A DNA stretch of 64,000 nucleotides from Alphaproteobacteria bacterium (GTDB lineage: Bacteria; Pseudomonadota; Alphaproteobacteria; JAAXGF01), in assembly GCA_046582565.1 (NCBI GenBank), contig JAYGED010000078.1:1926-65925 (forward strand). Direction: 5' to 3'. Within the stretch, counting starts at the first letter, position 1; the number at the start of each line of letters is the position of its first letter. The notes under the pieces were generated by a model. It ran no database searches. It saw only the letters and a program-made list of their open reading frames with translations, and was not told the DNA's origin. Positions 31,520-41,957 of the stretch are shown one piece after another. The translations under genes were made by a program, and so were the position numbers.

Positions 31520-32322
31520 CAGCAGTCTGCGGCCGGCAAAATTTCGAGCTTATCGAGCCGGCCATCGATAGCAAAACTGTCGTAATCGAGGGTCAAATGG
31601 CGCGCAACCCCGTTCGCCTGCAACATCATCCCAACCTCCACATTGGGTTCCGGTGCCGCCGAAGAGGCGCCGTAAAATGCCAGCCGAATGGGCCAGACCT
31701 TGGGCTCCACCTGCTCGCCGTCGAGAATTTCAGCTGTCGTCGGCGGGCCGATAAAGGCGCTGATCTGGCTGGCGCCGTCCGGAGATGTGCCGTCAAACAC
31801 GGCGCGGCTGACGAAGCTCTCACCGGCTTCGGCGGCAACGATCAACAGCGCGGTATGCTGGCTGGGAAACAACGTACCGGGCGCGAGTTCCAGATTCACC
31901 CCCGCTGGACTGCCGAGCACCACCACGCCAGCGCCACCAACCGAGTCTAATCCAGCCTCTCCGCCGAGTTCCTCAACGAGAACGCCATCCTGCTCGGCCT
32001 TCTGCTCGAAGCGGAACCGCCGGCCGTCTTTTGATTCCCAGCTGGCAAAGCTGGTATAGGAACGGATGACATCGCCGTGGAAATTGACGATGGTCAGAGC
32101 GATACGCTGCTTGAGAGTCCAGCCGTCGCAAACATCAGCCACCTCGATGAGCATCTGACCGACGAGTTCGGCGATGTCGCTGGACTGGTCCGCCGACTTC
32201 AGGCTCATGTCATAAATCGCCAAATGAGAGGCCATGACCGGCGATCCAGCCTGAGCGCCAGTTAGAGTGGGCAGCACCAACAGGGCAGCAAGCAGTAAGA
32301 TTCGACGATACAGCGCGATCAT
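31519..32322 (-). CDS. Periplasmic protein with a signal peptide, possibly DUF1849/EipB-like.
   Basis: N-terminal signal peptide (LLLAALLVLPTLTGAQA). 267 aa. The family assignment is from memory only. Confidence 0.45.
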   Translation of the reverse strand: MIALYRRILLLAALLVLPTLTGAQAGSPVMASHLAIYDMSLKSADQSSDIAELVGQMLIEVADVCDGWTLKQRIALTIVNFHGDVIRSYTSFASWESKDGRRFRFEQKAEQDGVLVEELGGEAGLDSVGGAGVVVLGSPAGVNLELAPGTLFPSQHTALLIVAAEAGESFVSRAVFDGTSPDGASQISAFIGPPTTAEILDGEQVEPKVWPIRLAFYGASSAAPEPNVEVGMMLQANGVARHLTLDYDSFAIDGRLDKLEILPAADC

Positions 32323-32580
32323 GGCAACTTATCCAGGGTTTCCATTCCTCTAGGCATGAGATTAGAGCAATATTCGCCAACTCGCGAGGTTTTCACGCGG
32401 GATCGCCGATGTGACGAGGCAAATCCTGCCGAGCGGCAGTTCCTGCCTCTCGAATATGAGAGAAATCTGAAATATAGTTTTGTTTTACAACAAATTAGCA
32501 TTGGCATACGGCTTGCTACCTATATCTGTAACAGTGCGTCATCTAAAGGCGCCGAGGTCTTTACAAAGGAAATTGGGTAC

Positions 32581-33297
32581 ATGTCGAATCAACACGAGAA
32601 TTCAGCCCTGCAAAACATCGACCTGATGGATAACGTAGGGGTTATCGCCGACCGTCTGGTGGCGACATGCAATCCGACTACCGGCACGGACGGCACCAGC
32701 CTGCGCGGTCTGCTCGAACAGGCCCTGATTGTAGCCGCCGAGGCCCAGCAACAGCTCGCGGCTCAGTCTGAGCGTATCGCTGTCCTTGAGACCTTGTCCT
32801 ATCGGGACGAATTGACCGGCCTGTTCAACCGTCGCGGCTTTAATGAGCGGCTGAACCACGCCCTTGCCATCTCCCAACGTTTGGACAGCACCGGCGTGCT
32901 GGCCTTTATCGACCTCGACAATTTCAAGGCGATCAACGATTCCCTGGGACACCAGGCCGGTGACGAGGTTCTGCGCCATGTCGCAAGCCTGCTTTATGAA
33001 AGCGTCCGCTCCATCGATGTGGCGGCGCGGCTCGGTGGCGACGAGTTCGCCATGATCCTGATCCATACCTCGGCGCATAACGGCTGCCAGCGCATCAAAT
33101 CCCTGGAATTGGCGGTCAATCATTTGATCGTCGATTTCGATGACGCCCGGATTCCGGTGCGCGCTTCCTTCGGCACCGTCCCCTTCGATCGTAGCGACGA
33201 TATCGCCAACCTGCTCGCTCGGGCCGATGCCGAGATGTATAATCAGAAACGCGCCAAGCCCCTGGTGCTGCGTCCCTGGCTTCACCGCATGGTTTAG
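32581..33297 (+). CDS. GGDEF-domain diguanylate cyclase with a short coiled-coil N-terminus.
   Basis: RxGGDEF motif (ARLGGDEF). Start at MSNQHE, preceded by AAGGA. The ORF is open back to 32356. Confidence 0.8.
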   Translation: MSNQHENSALQNIDLMDNVGVIADRLVATCNPTTGTDGTSLRGLLEQALIVAAEAQQQLAAQSERIAVLETLSYRDELTGLFNRRGFNERLNHALAISQRLDSTGVLAFIDLDNFKAINDSLGHQAGDEVLRHVASLLYESVRSIDVAARLGGDEFAMILIHTSAHNGCQRIKSLELAVNHLIVDFDDARIPVRASFGTVPFDRSDDIANLLARADAEMYNQKRAKPLVLRPWLHRMV

Positions 33298-33390
33298 CTA
33301 CTGCGCGTCTTTCCGACTGTGGTTGATCCGTGAGCCATCCTTGCTATAACAGGATGCAACGAACAACCATGATCCAGGAGAGACGCCCCC

Positions 33391-33858
33391 ATGACCGGCA
33401 CCATCGACAGTAGATTAGCCGAACTCGGCATCGAGCTTCCCGAAGCCACGGCGCCCGTCGCCAACTACGTGCCGTACGCACTCAGCGGCAACACCGTTTA
33501 TATCTCCGGTCAGGTTCCTATATTGGGCGGCGAATTCAAATATACCGGCAAGCTTGGCGGTGATGTCAGCATCGACGACGGCTATCAGGCGGCCCGGCTC
33601 TGCGCGCTGAATGTCATCGCCCAGGTCAAGGCGGCCTGTGGCGGCAATCTCGACCGCGTGGTGCGCTGCCTGAAGCTCGGCGGCTTCGTCAATTCGACGC
33701 CTGACTTCGGCGATCAACCGAAAATCATCAACGGCGCCTCGGACCTCATGGTCGAGGTGTTTGAAGACAAGGGCCGGCACGCCCGTTTCGCGGTCAGTGC
33801 CGCGAGCTTGCCCTTCAACGTCGCCGTCGAAGTCGACGCCGTATTCGAAATAGCCTGA
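33391..33858 (+). CDS. RidA/YjgF-family protein.
   Basis: 155-aa YjgF/chorismate-mutase-like fold. Confidence 0.65.
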   Translation: MTGTIDSRLAELGIELPEATAPVANYVPYALSGNTVYISGQVPILGGEFKYTGKLGGDVSIDDGYQAARLCALNVIAQVKAACGGNLDRVVRCLKLGGFVNSTPDFGDQPKIINGASDLMVEVFEDKGRHARFAVSAASLPFNVAVEVDAVFEIA

Positions 33859-33872
33859 GAGCGCCCCCGACC

Positions 33873-35510
33873 ATGAATGGCGGTGACGCCCTGGTCGCCA
33901 CGTTGCTGGCCCATGGCTGCGACACAGGATTCTGTGTGCCCGGTGAGAGCTATCTCGCGGTGCTCGAGGCGTTGCGCCGCGAGTCTGCGCGCTTCCGGCT
34001 GATCACCAACCGCCATGAGGCCGGTGTCACCTTTGCCGCCGAGGCCTATGCCAAACTGACCACCAAGCCCGGTATCGCGTTTGTAACCCGGGGTCCGGGT
34101 GCTACCAACGCCGCCATCGGGCTGCATACGGCGGATCAGGATTCATCGCCCCTGGTGCTGTTCATCGGCCATGTGCCGAGCGACCATATCGGCCGCGAAG
34201 CGTTCCAGGAAATCGACTACGCGCAGATGTACGGCGGCATCGCCAAGGCGGTGATCGAGCCCAAGGCCCCCGCCGAGGTGGCCGAGGCCACCGCCCGGGC
34301 GCTTGAGATCGCCCAAGCCGGCCGGCCCGGCCCGGTTGTGGTGCCCCTGCCCGAGGATGTCACCGAGCAGGACGCCGGCGACCCGGTGATCCCCGGCCCC
34401 CGGCCACGCCCCGCAACGCCGCCCGACGCCGAAGCCGTGGCCGAGGCGGTGGCGCTGATCGCAGGTGCGCGCCACCCGATCATCATTTCGGGCGAAATGG
34501 TCTCCTATGAAGGCGCCCATCAGGCTCTCATCGACCTGGCCGACGCCAGCGGCGCCGGGGTCATCACCGCGTTCCGCCGCCAGGACACCTACCCCAACGA
34601 CGCGGATGCCTATATTGGCCATTACGGGCTCGGGCGCGCGGCCTTCCAACGCGAGGCCTGGGCTGAATGCGATCTGGTGATTGTCGCGGGCAACCGGCTC
34701 GACGCCATAACCACCGAGGATTACAGCCTGCTGCGCGACGACCAGAAGCTGATCCATATCCATGTCGACCCCACGGTGATCGGCAAGACGAGCGCCGCCG
34801 ATGTGGCCATGGCCTGCGATGTGGGCGCTGCCATGAGCGCCATCGCCGAGGACCTCCCGCCGCCGCCGAATGCACGGCTTGAGTGGCGCGATACAGTTCA
34901 CCGGAATCTACGCCGTTTCAGGGATGAGCCGCCCGAGGCGCTCGGCGATGTGGATATGGCGGTGGTGGTCAAGACCCTGGCGGCGCGGCTGCAGGCCGAG
35001 GACCACATCCTGTCCAACGACGCCGGAAATTTCTCCAGCTGGGTGCATCGCTATTTCTCCTACAATTTGCCGCACAGCCAGGCGGCGCCCAGCTCGGGCG
35101 CCATGGGCGCCGGGGTGCCGGGGGCGCTGGCCGCCAAGCTGGCGCGGCCCGAGGCCACGGTCATCGGCATGGCCGGCGACGGCGCCTTCCTGATGACCGG
35201 CCAGGAACTTGCCACCGCCCTGCTGCATGAGTTGGATATCAATCTGATCGTCTGCGACAATTCCACCTACGGCACCATTCTCATGCATCAGCACCGCACC
35301 CAAGGGCCCGATGCCTACCACGGCGTCGCCCTTAAAAGCCCCGACTTCGCCGCCCTGGCGCAGGCTTACGGCGCCGCCGCCTGGACCGTCGAGCGCACCG
35401 ATCAGTTCGCCGCCGCCCTCGACGAAGCCCTGGCCCATGACGGCCCTACCCTGATCCATCTCAAGACAGACATCCGCGACATATCGGCCTATGGTTCGTT
35501 GGCGGGGTAA
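33873..35510 (+). CDS. Thiamine-pyrophosphate-dependent enzyme (acetolactate synthase large subunit / benzoylformate decarboxylase-like).
   Basis: N-terminal TPP-Pyr, central and C-terminal TPP-PP domains. GDG...N motif present. Confidence 0.8.
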   Translation: MNGGDALVATLLAHGCDTGFCVPGESYLAVLEALRRESARFRLITNRHEAGVTFAAEAYAKLTTKPGIAFVTRGPGATNAAIGLHTADQDSSPLVLFIGHVPSDHIGREAFQEIDYAQMYGGIAKAVIEPKAPAEVAEATARALEIAQAGRPGPVVVPLPEDVTEQDAGDPVIPGPRPRPATPPDAEAVAEAVALIAGARHPIIISGEMVSYEGAHQALIDLADASGAGVITAFRRQDTYPNDADAYIGHYGLGRAAFQREAWAECDLVIVAGNRLDAITTEDYSLLRDDQKLIHIHVDPTVIGKTSAADVAMACDVGAAMSAIAEDLPPPPNARLEWRDTVHRNLRRFRDEPPEALGDVDMAVVVKTLAARLQAEDHILSNDAGNFSSWVHRYFSYNLPHSQAAPSSGAMGAGVPGALAAKLARPEATVIGMAGDGAFLMTGQELATALLHELDINLIVCDNSTYGTILMHQHRTQGPDAYHGVALKSPDFAALAQAYGAAAWTVERTDQFAAALDEALAHDGPTLIHLKTDIRDISAYGSLAG

Positions 35511-35535
35511 AATCTAGGAGCGATAATAAAAATCC

Positions 35536-35919
35536 ATGAAATTTTTCAATCCAGCGTCCATTTCCGCGCCGGCGTCCAACTACAGCCAGGGCGTCATCAT
35601 CCCGGCGAACGCTGAGCGTCTGATCATCGCCGGGCAAATCGGCGCCAATCCCGACGGCTCCCTGGCTGACGGGCTGCAAGCCCAGATGGAGCGCGCCTGG
35701 CTCAATATGTTTGCTGTCCTCGAGGACGCGGGCATGACCAAGAATAATCTCGTCAAGGTCACCGTCTTTATGGTCGGTCACGGCCACACGGCCGCCTACC
35801 GCGAGGTCAGGGACCGCATGCTCGACGGCCACGCACCGGCGGCGACCTATCTGGTGGTGGACGGGCTGGCCAGCCCCGAAATGCTCTTCGAAGTCGAGGG
35901 CGAGGCGGTTGCCTCGTGA
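35536..35919 (+). CDS. RidA family enamine/imine deaminase.
   Basis: 127-aa YjgF/L-PSP fold. Confidence 0.75.
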   Translation: MKFFNPASISAPASNYSQGVIIPANAERLIIAGQIGANPDGSLADGLQAQMERAWLNMFAVLEDAGMTKNNLVKVTVFMVGHGHTAAYREVRDRMLDGHAPAATYLVVDGLASPEMLFEVEGEAVAS

Positions 35920-35943
35920 ACCAGCAAACCCCACAATGACGCC

Positions 35944-36903
35944 ATGGGTGGCAGCGTCAAAAACTACAGCCAACGTCCGGCATTTATAACCAAGGCTATC
36001 GGCGCATTTCTGTCGCTGGCCTTGCTGCTGCTCGCCGCCGCGCCGGCCCTCGCTTTCCCGGCCGAAGCCCTCCAGTCCGTCGTCAGCGTGCTGCCCGACT
36101 GGCCGAGTGACGCGCCCCTGCCCGAGGCCCCTGAGGGCAGCGGTGTCGCCGTACTGCCCGGCGGCTACATCGCCACCAACCTTCATGTGCTGGGCCGCGC
36201 CACGGTGGTCAACGTCCGGCTTCACGACGGGCGCATAGTGCCCGCTGAGATCATCGGCCGCGATCCCCTGACCGATATCGCCCTGCTCAAGCTGGCGCTC
36301 GATCTGCCGCTGCTCGCCCCAGCGCCCGATCCACAGCTCGGCGATGCGGTCTGCGCCCTGGGCAACCCCTTCGGCCTCGGGCTGTCGCTGAGCTGCGGCG
36401 TGGTCTCGGCGACGAGGCGCACAAATACCGGCTTTAACCCCATCGAGGACTTCATCCAGACCGACGCGGCGGTCAATCCCGGCGGCTCGGGCGGCGCGTT
36501 GCTTGATACGGAAGGCCGCCTGGTCGGCCTGGTCTCGGCGATCTTCACCAAGCAGAGCGACGCCAACATCGGCGTCAACTTCGCCGCCTCGCGGGCGCTG
36601 GTCATGCGGGTCGTCGAGGATCTCGCAGCCCACGGCCGGGTGATTCGCGGCAAATCCGGCCTGCGTGTCGCCGATATCGATGACTATTTGATCGTCGGCG
36701 CCCGGGTGACGCATGCCACGGACGCCGCCGAGAGCGCCGGCCTGGCGGCGGGCGACGTCATCACCGCCATCGCCGGCCGCACCATCCAACGGGCCAGCGA
36801 CGTGACCAGCGCACTCCATCTCCATCGCCCCGGCGAAGCCATCGAGATTGGCTTCAACCGTGACGGGGAACGCCGCACCACCAGCCTGCGGCTCGCCCCC
36901 TGA
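35944..36903 (+). CDS. Secreted trypsin-like serine protease (S1C/DegP-like) with a C-terminal PDZ domain.
   Basis: Signal peptide. His, Asp and GGSGG Ser triad region. PDZ-like C-terminus. Confidence 0.8.
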   Translation: MGGSVKNYSQRPAFITKAIGAFLSLALLLLAAAPALAFPAEALQSVVSVLPDWPSDAPLPEAPEGSGVAVLPGGYIATNLHVLGRATVVNVRLHDGRIVPAEIIGRDPLTDIALLKLALDLPLLAPAPDPQLGDAVCALGNPFGLGLSLSCGVVSATRRTNTGFNPIEDFIQTDAAVNPGGSGGALLDTEGRLVGLVSAIFTKQSDANIGVNFAASRALVMRVVEDLAAHGRVIRGKSGLRVADIDDYLIVGARVTHATDAAESAGLAAGDVITAIAGRTIQRASDVTSALHLHRPGEAIEIGFNRDGERRTTSLRLAP

Positions 36904-38081
36904 TGGGTGACAGCACCAAAAATGATAATCAACAGCCGGCTTTCGTGGCGCGGGTTGTCAAGGGCATCGGCGAGATCAGTGCGACCGATTGGGACGCCTG
37001 CGCGGGAGCCGACAATCCCTTCGTCAGCCACGCCTTCCTGGCGGCGCTTGAGGAGTCCGGCTCGGCCGCGCTGGAGACCGGTTGGGCGCCCCACCACATG
37101 CTGCTTGAGGATGCCCTCGGCCAGGTCCAGGGCGTCGCGCCGCTCTATCTGAAAAACCATAGCCAGGGCGAATATGTTTTCGATCACGGCTGGGCCGATG
37201 CCTTCGAGCGCGCCGGCGGGGCGTATTATCCGAAGCTCCAGCTCTGCGTGCCGTTCAGCCCGGTCACCGGCCCCCGCCTCATGGTCCGCCCCGGACCCGA
37301 CGCCGACGCCTCCCGCCGCGCCCTGATCGCCGCCTGCATGGAGCTTACCGAGCGGGCCAATGTGAGTTCGCTGCATGTGACCTTCGCCACGGAAGACGAC
37401 TGGCAGGCCCTCGCTGACGCCGGATTTCTGCAGCGCAGCGACCGGCAATTCCACTGGACCAATGACGGTTATGCGGATTTCGACGGCTTCCTGGCGAGCC
37501 TGGCCTCGCGCAAGCGCAAGGCCGTGCGGCGTGAGCGGCGGGGCGCACTCGCCTCGGGGCTCACCATTGAAGTGCTCACAGGAAATGATATTAAATCAAT
37601 ACACTGGGACGCGTTCTTCGCATGTTACGTCGAGACGAGCCACGGCAAATGGGGCTACCCCTATCTCAATCGGGAGTTCTTCACCCGGCTCGGCGAGACC
37701 CTGGCCCATAAGGTCGCGCTGATCATGGCCTCAGACGATGGCCGCTACGTGGCCGGCGCCCTCAACCTGATCGGCGCCGACACCTTCTATGGCCGCAACT
37801 GGGGCTGTATCGGCCACTATCCCTTCCTGCATTTCGAGGTCTGCTATTACAGCGCCATCGAGTTCGCCATCGAGCGCGGCCTGAAATACGTCGAGGCCGG
37901 CGCCCAGGGTCATCACAAGATCGCCCGTGGCTATCTGCCGGTGCGCACCCACAGCGCCCATTGGATCAGCCACGCAGGCCTGCGCGACGCCATCGAGGAC
38001 TACCTCGGCCATGAGCGCGACGCGGTCGATGACGAAATCGAAGCCCTGGCAGATTATTCGCCGTTTCGTAAAGAAGATTAG
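36903..38081 (+). CDS. DUF482 / FemAB-like GNAT-fold N-acyltransferase (COG3146).
   Basis: 392-aa protein with a DUF482-like conserved N-terminus (PFVSHAFLAALEESG). Confidence 0.65.
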   Translation: MGDSTKNDNQQPAFVARVVKGIGEISATDWDACAGADNPFVSHAFLAALEESGSAALETGWAPHHMLLEDALGQVQGVAPLYLKNHSQGEYVFDHGWADAFERAGGAYYPKLQLCVPFSPVTGPRLMVRPGPDADASRRALIAACMELTERANVSSLHVTFATEDDWQALADAGFLQRSDRQFHWTNDGYADFDGFLASLASRKRKAVRRERRGALASGLTIEVLTGNDIKSIHWDAFFACYVETSHGKWGYPYLNREFFTRLGETLAHKVALIMASDDGRYVAGALNLIGADTFYGRNWGCIGHYPFLHFEVCYYSAIEFAIERGLKYVEAGAQGHHKIARGYLPVRTHSAHWISHAGLRDAIEDYLGHERDAVDDEIEALADYSPFRKED

Positions 38082-38207
38082 GAACCACAGAGGCACAGAG
38101 GAGAAAGAAAATGAGAGAAGAAAACTTCTTGGCGCTTCGCGCCTAACAAACTTCCTTCCTTATCTGTTTCTCTGTTTCTCTGTTTCTCTGTGCCTCTGTG
38201 GTTCCTA
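38071..38207. repeat. Intergenic palindromic element: a perfect 30-bp inverted repeat (38071-38100 / 38178-38207) with a ~77-nt partially self-complementary loop.
   Basis: AAGAAGATTAGGAACCACAGAGGCACAGAG pairs with CTCTGTGCCTCTGTGGTTCCTAATCTTCTT. Covers the stop codon of the + gene and ends 8 nt before the stop of the - gene. Confidence 0.85.
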
Positions 38208-38214
38208 ATCTTCT

Positions 38215-38987
38215 TTACGCCGCCGCGCGCAGGCGGTCGAGGCGCAGGCGGTGGCGGTCGTCGCTGAGGCGGCGGGATCCTACGTAAACGGCGAGGAACA
38301 CGCCAATGCCGGTGCCCCCGGCGATCAGGAACATGATCAAAATCTGATATTTCACCGCCTCGACCGGATCGGCGCCGGCGAGGATCTGTCCGGTCATCAT
38401 GCCGGGCAGCGCAATCAGGCCGGCCGCCGACATGGCGTTGATGATCGGCATGAGCCCGGTGCGCAACGCCTGATGCACCACGCCGCGCATCGCCGTGGCG
38501 CGATCCGCGCCGAGAACGAGACGGGCCTCGATGGCGGTGCGCTCGCGGGTTGCCGCCGTGGCTAGTGAATCGAGCGCCAGGCTGACCGCGGTCATGGCGT
38601 TGCCCAGGATCATGCCGAGCAGCGGGATGGCATAGCGCGGGTGGTACCAGGGTTCGGGCTGGACCACGACAACGAGAGCGAGCAGCGCCACACCAGCCCC
38701 GCGCCGGCGGTAACGCTCAGGGTGCCCAGCCCATAGGCCCAGGCGCCGGTGAATCGCCGCGTCTGGCGGGCATGCACCTCATAGCCGGCGGCCAGCACCA
38801 TGACCGTCACCATGAGCCCGGTCCATAAGGGCGAGGCGAGCGCGAACAGCGCCTTGATGACGAACCCGACAAGAAAGAGCTGAACCGCCGTGCGTACCGC
38901 GGCAATCAGCAGAGGCTTCTCGATCGCCAACCCCAGGCGCAGCATTGAGCACCACCAGCAGGGCGGCAATGGCAAGGTCGAACCCAT
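38215..38987 (-). CDS. FetB/YbbM-family ABC exporter permease (UPF0014), with an apparent frameshift near 38683-38697.
   Basis: N-terminal and C-terminal halves lie in ORFs 38610-38987 and 38215-38691. The junction ...TAGAGLV|ALLALVV... is in a G run. Confidence 0.55.
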
Positions 38988-39002
38988 CGAGGGGTACCGT
39001 GG

Positions 39003-39593
39003 TCATGGCGGCCCTAGAACGCCGTCGCGGATACAGAGACGGCGATGCGAAAGTCGATCGGCAAGACGCGGATCGTGGGTCACCAACAGGATCGCGGCGC
39101 CGCCATCGAGACGCTCACGGAGCATAGTATCGACACGCTCGGCAGCGTCACCATCAAGGCCCGAAGTCGGCTCATCGAGCAACAGAACCTGGGGGTCGAG
39201 GAGCAGCAGCCGGATCAGCGCAAGCCGCTGGCGCTCACCGGTCGAGGCGGTAGCGACGGATTGTCCGAGAAGGGCGGGCGGCAGCCCGAGGGCGTCCAAT
39301 AGCGGCGCTATTGCGTCGGCATCGGGGAAATGAGGGGCGATGCGATCTTCCCACCAGCCTGGCTCGGCGGCGAGATAGCAGACCCGGCGCCGCCACTCGG
39401 GCGCCGGCATGGTCGCCCTCTGCGCACCACCGAGCGTTACGTCCCCCTGGTTGGGATCGAGGTCGGCGAGCGCCCTGAGCACCAGCGTCTTACCCGAGCC
39501 GGAAGCGCCGGTCAGCGCCACGCACTCACCGGCCTCGATGTCGAGGTCGAAAGGAGCGATGCCGTTAACGGCAAGATTGCGGACGGTGAGCAC
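39003..39593 (-). CDS. ABC transporter ATP-binding protein (FetA/YbbL-like).
   Basis: Walker A GASGSGKT, LSGGE-like signature STGERQR, Walker B LLLDEP. Confidence 0.85.
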   Translation of the reverse strand: MLTVRNLAVNGIAPFDLDIEAGECVALTGASGSGKTLVLRALADLDPNQGDVTLGGAQRATMPAPEWRRRVCYLAAEPGWWEDRIAPHFPDADAIAPLLDALGLPPALLGQSVATASTGERQRLALIRLLLLDPQVLLLDEPTSGLDGDAAERVDTMLRERLDGGAAILLVTHDPRLADRLSHRRLCIRDGVLGPP

Positions 39594-39619
39594 AGCAGCC
39601 CCGCGAGACGTGCTGATCG

Positions 39620-41955
39620 CTATTTAACCGGCTCCAGAGCGCCCGACTCGTCGGCCTTGCTCTGGGTCTTCTTCCCGTCTTTCTTCTGGGGCGGCGGGCT
39701 TTCGGCGAACTCGAAGCTGAACTCACCGTCGGCGATAGAGACGGTAACCCGGCCGCCCTTGGCCAGACGGCCGAACAGCAGCTCGTCGGCAAGCGGCTTC
39801 TTGATCGATTCCTGGATCACCCGGGCCAGCGGACGGGCGCCGTTCTGACCGTCGTAGCCGAGCGCCGCCAGCTTGTCGCGGGCGGCCGGCGTCACATCGA
39901 TGGTAACGCCCTGATCGGCAAGCTGGCCTTCGAGATCGCCCATGAATTTTTCGACCACCAGGCCGACAATTTCGGGCGACAGGCCGGCAAAGCCGATAGT
40001 CGCGTCAAGCCGGTTGCGGAATTCCGGCGTAAACATGCGCTTGATGGCCTCCTCGTCCTCGCCCTCGCGCTGATCGCGGCCGAATCCCATGGCCGACTTG
40101 GCCATTTCGGCGGCGCCCGCGTTGGTGGTCATGATCAACACGATATTGCGGAAATCGACGGTCTTGCCGTTATGGTCCGTGAGCTTGCCGTAATCCATGA
40201 TCTGCAACAGCACGTTGAACAGATCGGGATGCGCCTTCTCGATCTCGTCGAGCAGCAGGACCGCGTGGGGATGCTGATCGGCGGCGTCGGTAAGCAAGCC
40301 GCCCTGATCGAAGCCGACATAACCCGGCGGCGCCCCGATGAGGCGGGATATGGTGTGGCGCTCCATATATTCGGACATGTCGAATCGGATCAGCTCAACC
40401 CCCATGATACGGGCAAGCTGGCGCGCCACCTCGGTCTTGCCAACCCCGGTGGGGCCCGAGAAGAGATAGTTGCCAATCGGCTTTTCGGGCTCGCGCAGTC
40501 CGGCGCGGCCGAGCTTGATGGCCGATGACAGGGCCTCGATGGCTTTCTCCTGACCGAACACAACCGCCTTGAGGTCGTCGGCAAGACTGCGCAGTGAATC
40601 CTTGTCGTGGGAGGAGACGCGCTTGGATGGTATGCGGGCGATGGTGGCGATAATGCGTTCGATATCGCGCACCCCGATGGTCTTGTGGCGGCGGTGCTTG
40701 GGCAGCAGCATCTGCGATGCGCCGGCCTCGTCGATCACGTCGATGGCCTTATCGGGCAGGCGGCGATCGTTGATATAGCGCGACGACAGTTCGACAGCCG
40801 TGCGCAGGGCTTCAGCAGTGTAGCGCACCTCGTGATGCTTTTCGTAATAGGGCTTGAGACCCTTGAGGATCTTGACCGCATCCTCGACGCTGGGCTCGTT
40901 GATGTCGATCTTCTGGAAGCGCCGCACCAGGGCGCGGTCTTTTTCGAAATAGTTACGGTATTCCTTGTAAGTGGTCGACCCGATACAGCTCAGGTTGCCC
41001 GAGGCGAGCGCCGGTTTGAGCAGGTTCGAAGCGTCCAACGAGCCGCCGCTGGTCGCCCCGGCGCCGATCACCGTATGGATTTCGTCGATGAACAGGATCG
41101 CCTTGGGGGTCGCTTCAAGAGCGGCCATGACCGCCTTGATACGCTCCTCGAAATCGCCGCGATAGCGCGTCCCCGCCAGCAGGGCGCCCATATCGAGAGC
41201 GTAGATCACCGAACCGTCGAGGACTTCCGGCACCTCGCCGTTGACGATTCTGAGCGCCAGCCCCTCGGCGATGGCGGTCTTGCCGACCCCGGCTTCGCCC
41301 ACATAGAGCGGATTGTTCTTGGTGCGGCGGCAGAGCACCTGAATGGTGCGCTTGACCTCTTCCTCGCGCCCGACCAGGGGATCGATGGCGCCGTTGGCCG
41401 CCTTCTGGTTGAGATTGACCGTATAGGCCTCAAGCGCGTCCTGACCCGGAGGCGCCGGCGCGGCCTCGTCGTCCGCGTCGTCATCGACACCCTGGGGCGT
41501 CACCGACTCTTCCTGGCCCGGCACCTTGGAAAGGCCATGGGAAATAAAGCTCACCGTGTCGAGGCGTGACATATCATGCTGTTCGAGGAAATAAGCGGCA
41601 TAGGATTCACGCTCGGAAAAGATCGCCACCAGTACATTCGAGCCGGTCACCGTATCGCGGCCCGACGATTGCACATGCAGGGCCGCGCGCTGGAGCACCC
41701 GCTGAAAACCGGCCGAGGGCTTGGCGTCCACATAACCGTCGACCACGAGGCCGTGCATTGCGTTGTCGAGATGGTCCTCGATCATCTCGCGCAGAGCATC
41801 GAGATCGACACCGCAGGCGCGGAACAGGGCAATGGCGTCCTGATCCTCGGTCAGCGACAACAGCAGATGTTCAAGGGTGGCATATTCGTGATGGCGGTTG
41901 TTGGCCATCGCCAGCGCGTGATGCAGGGTCTGCTCGAGTGTGGGGGAGATCACGG
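39620..41955 (-). CDS. clpA: ATP-dependent Clp protease ATP-binding subunit ClpA.
   Basis: Two AAA+ modules. N-domain begins VISPTLEQTLHHAL. Probable GTG start just downstream of the clpS stop. Confidence 0.9.
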
Positions 41956-41957
41956 CG

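Noticed and set aside
33368-33412. 14-codon upstream ORF (MIQERRPHDRHHRQ) overlapping the RidA start.
   Set aside because: Too short and without independent support. Probably coincidental.
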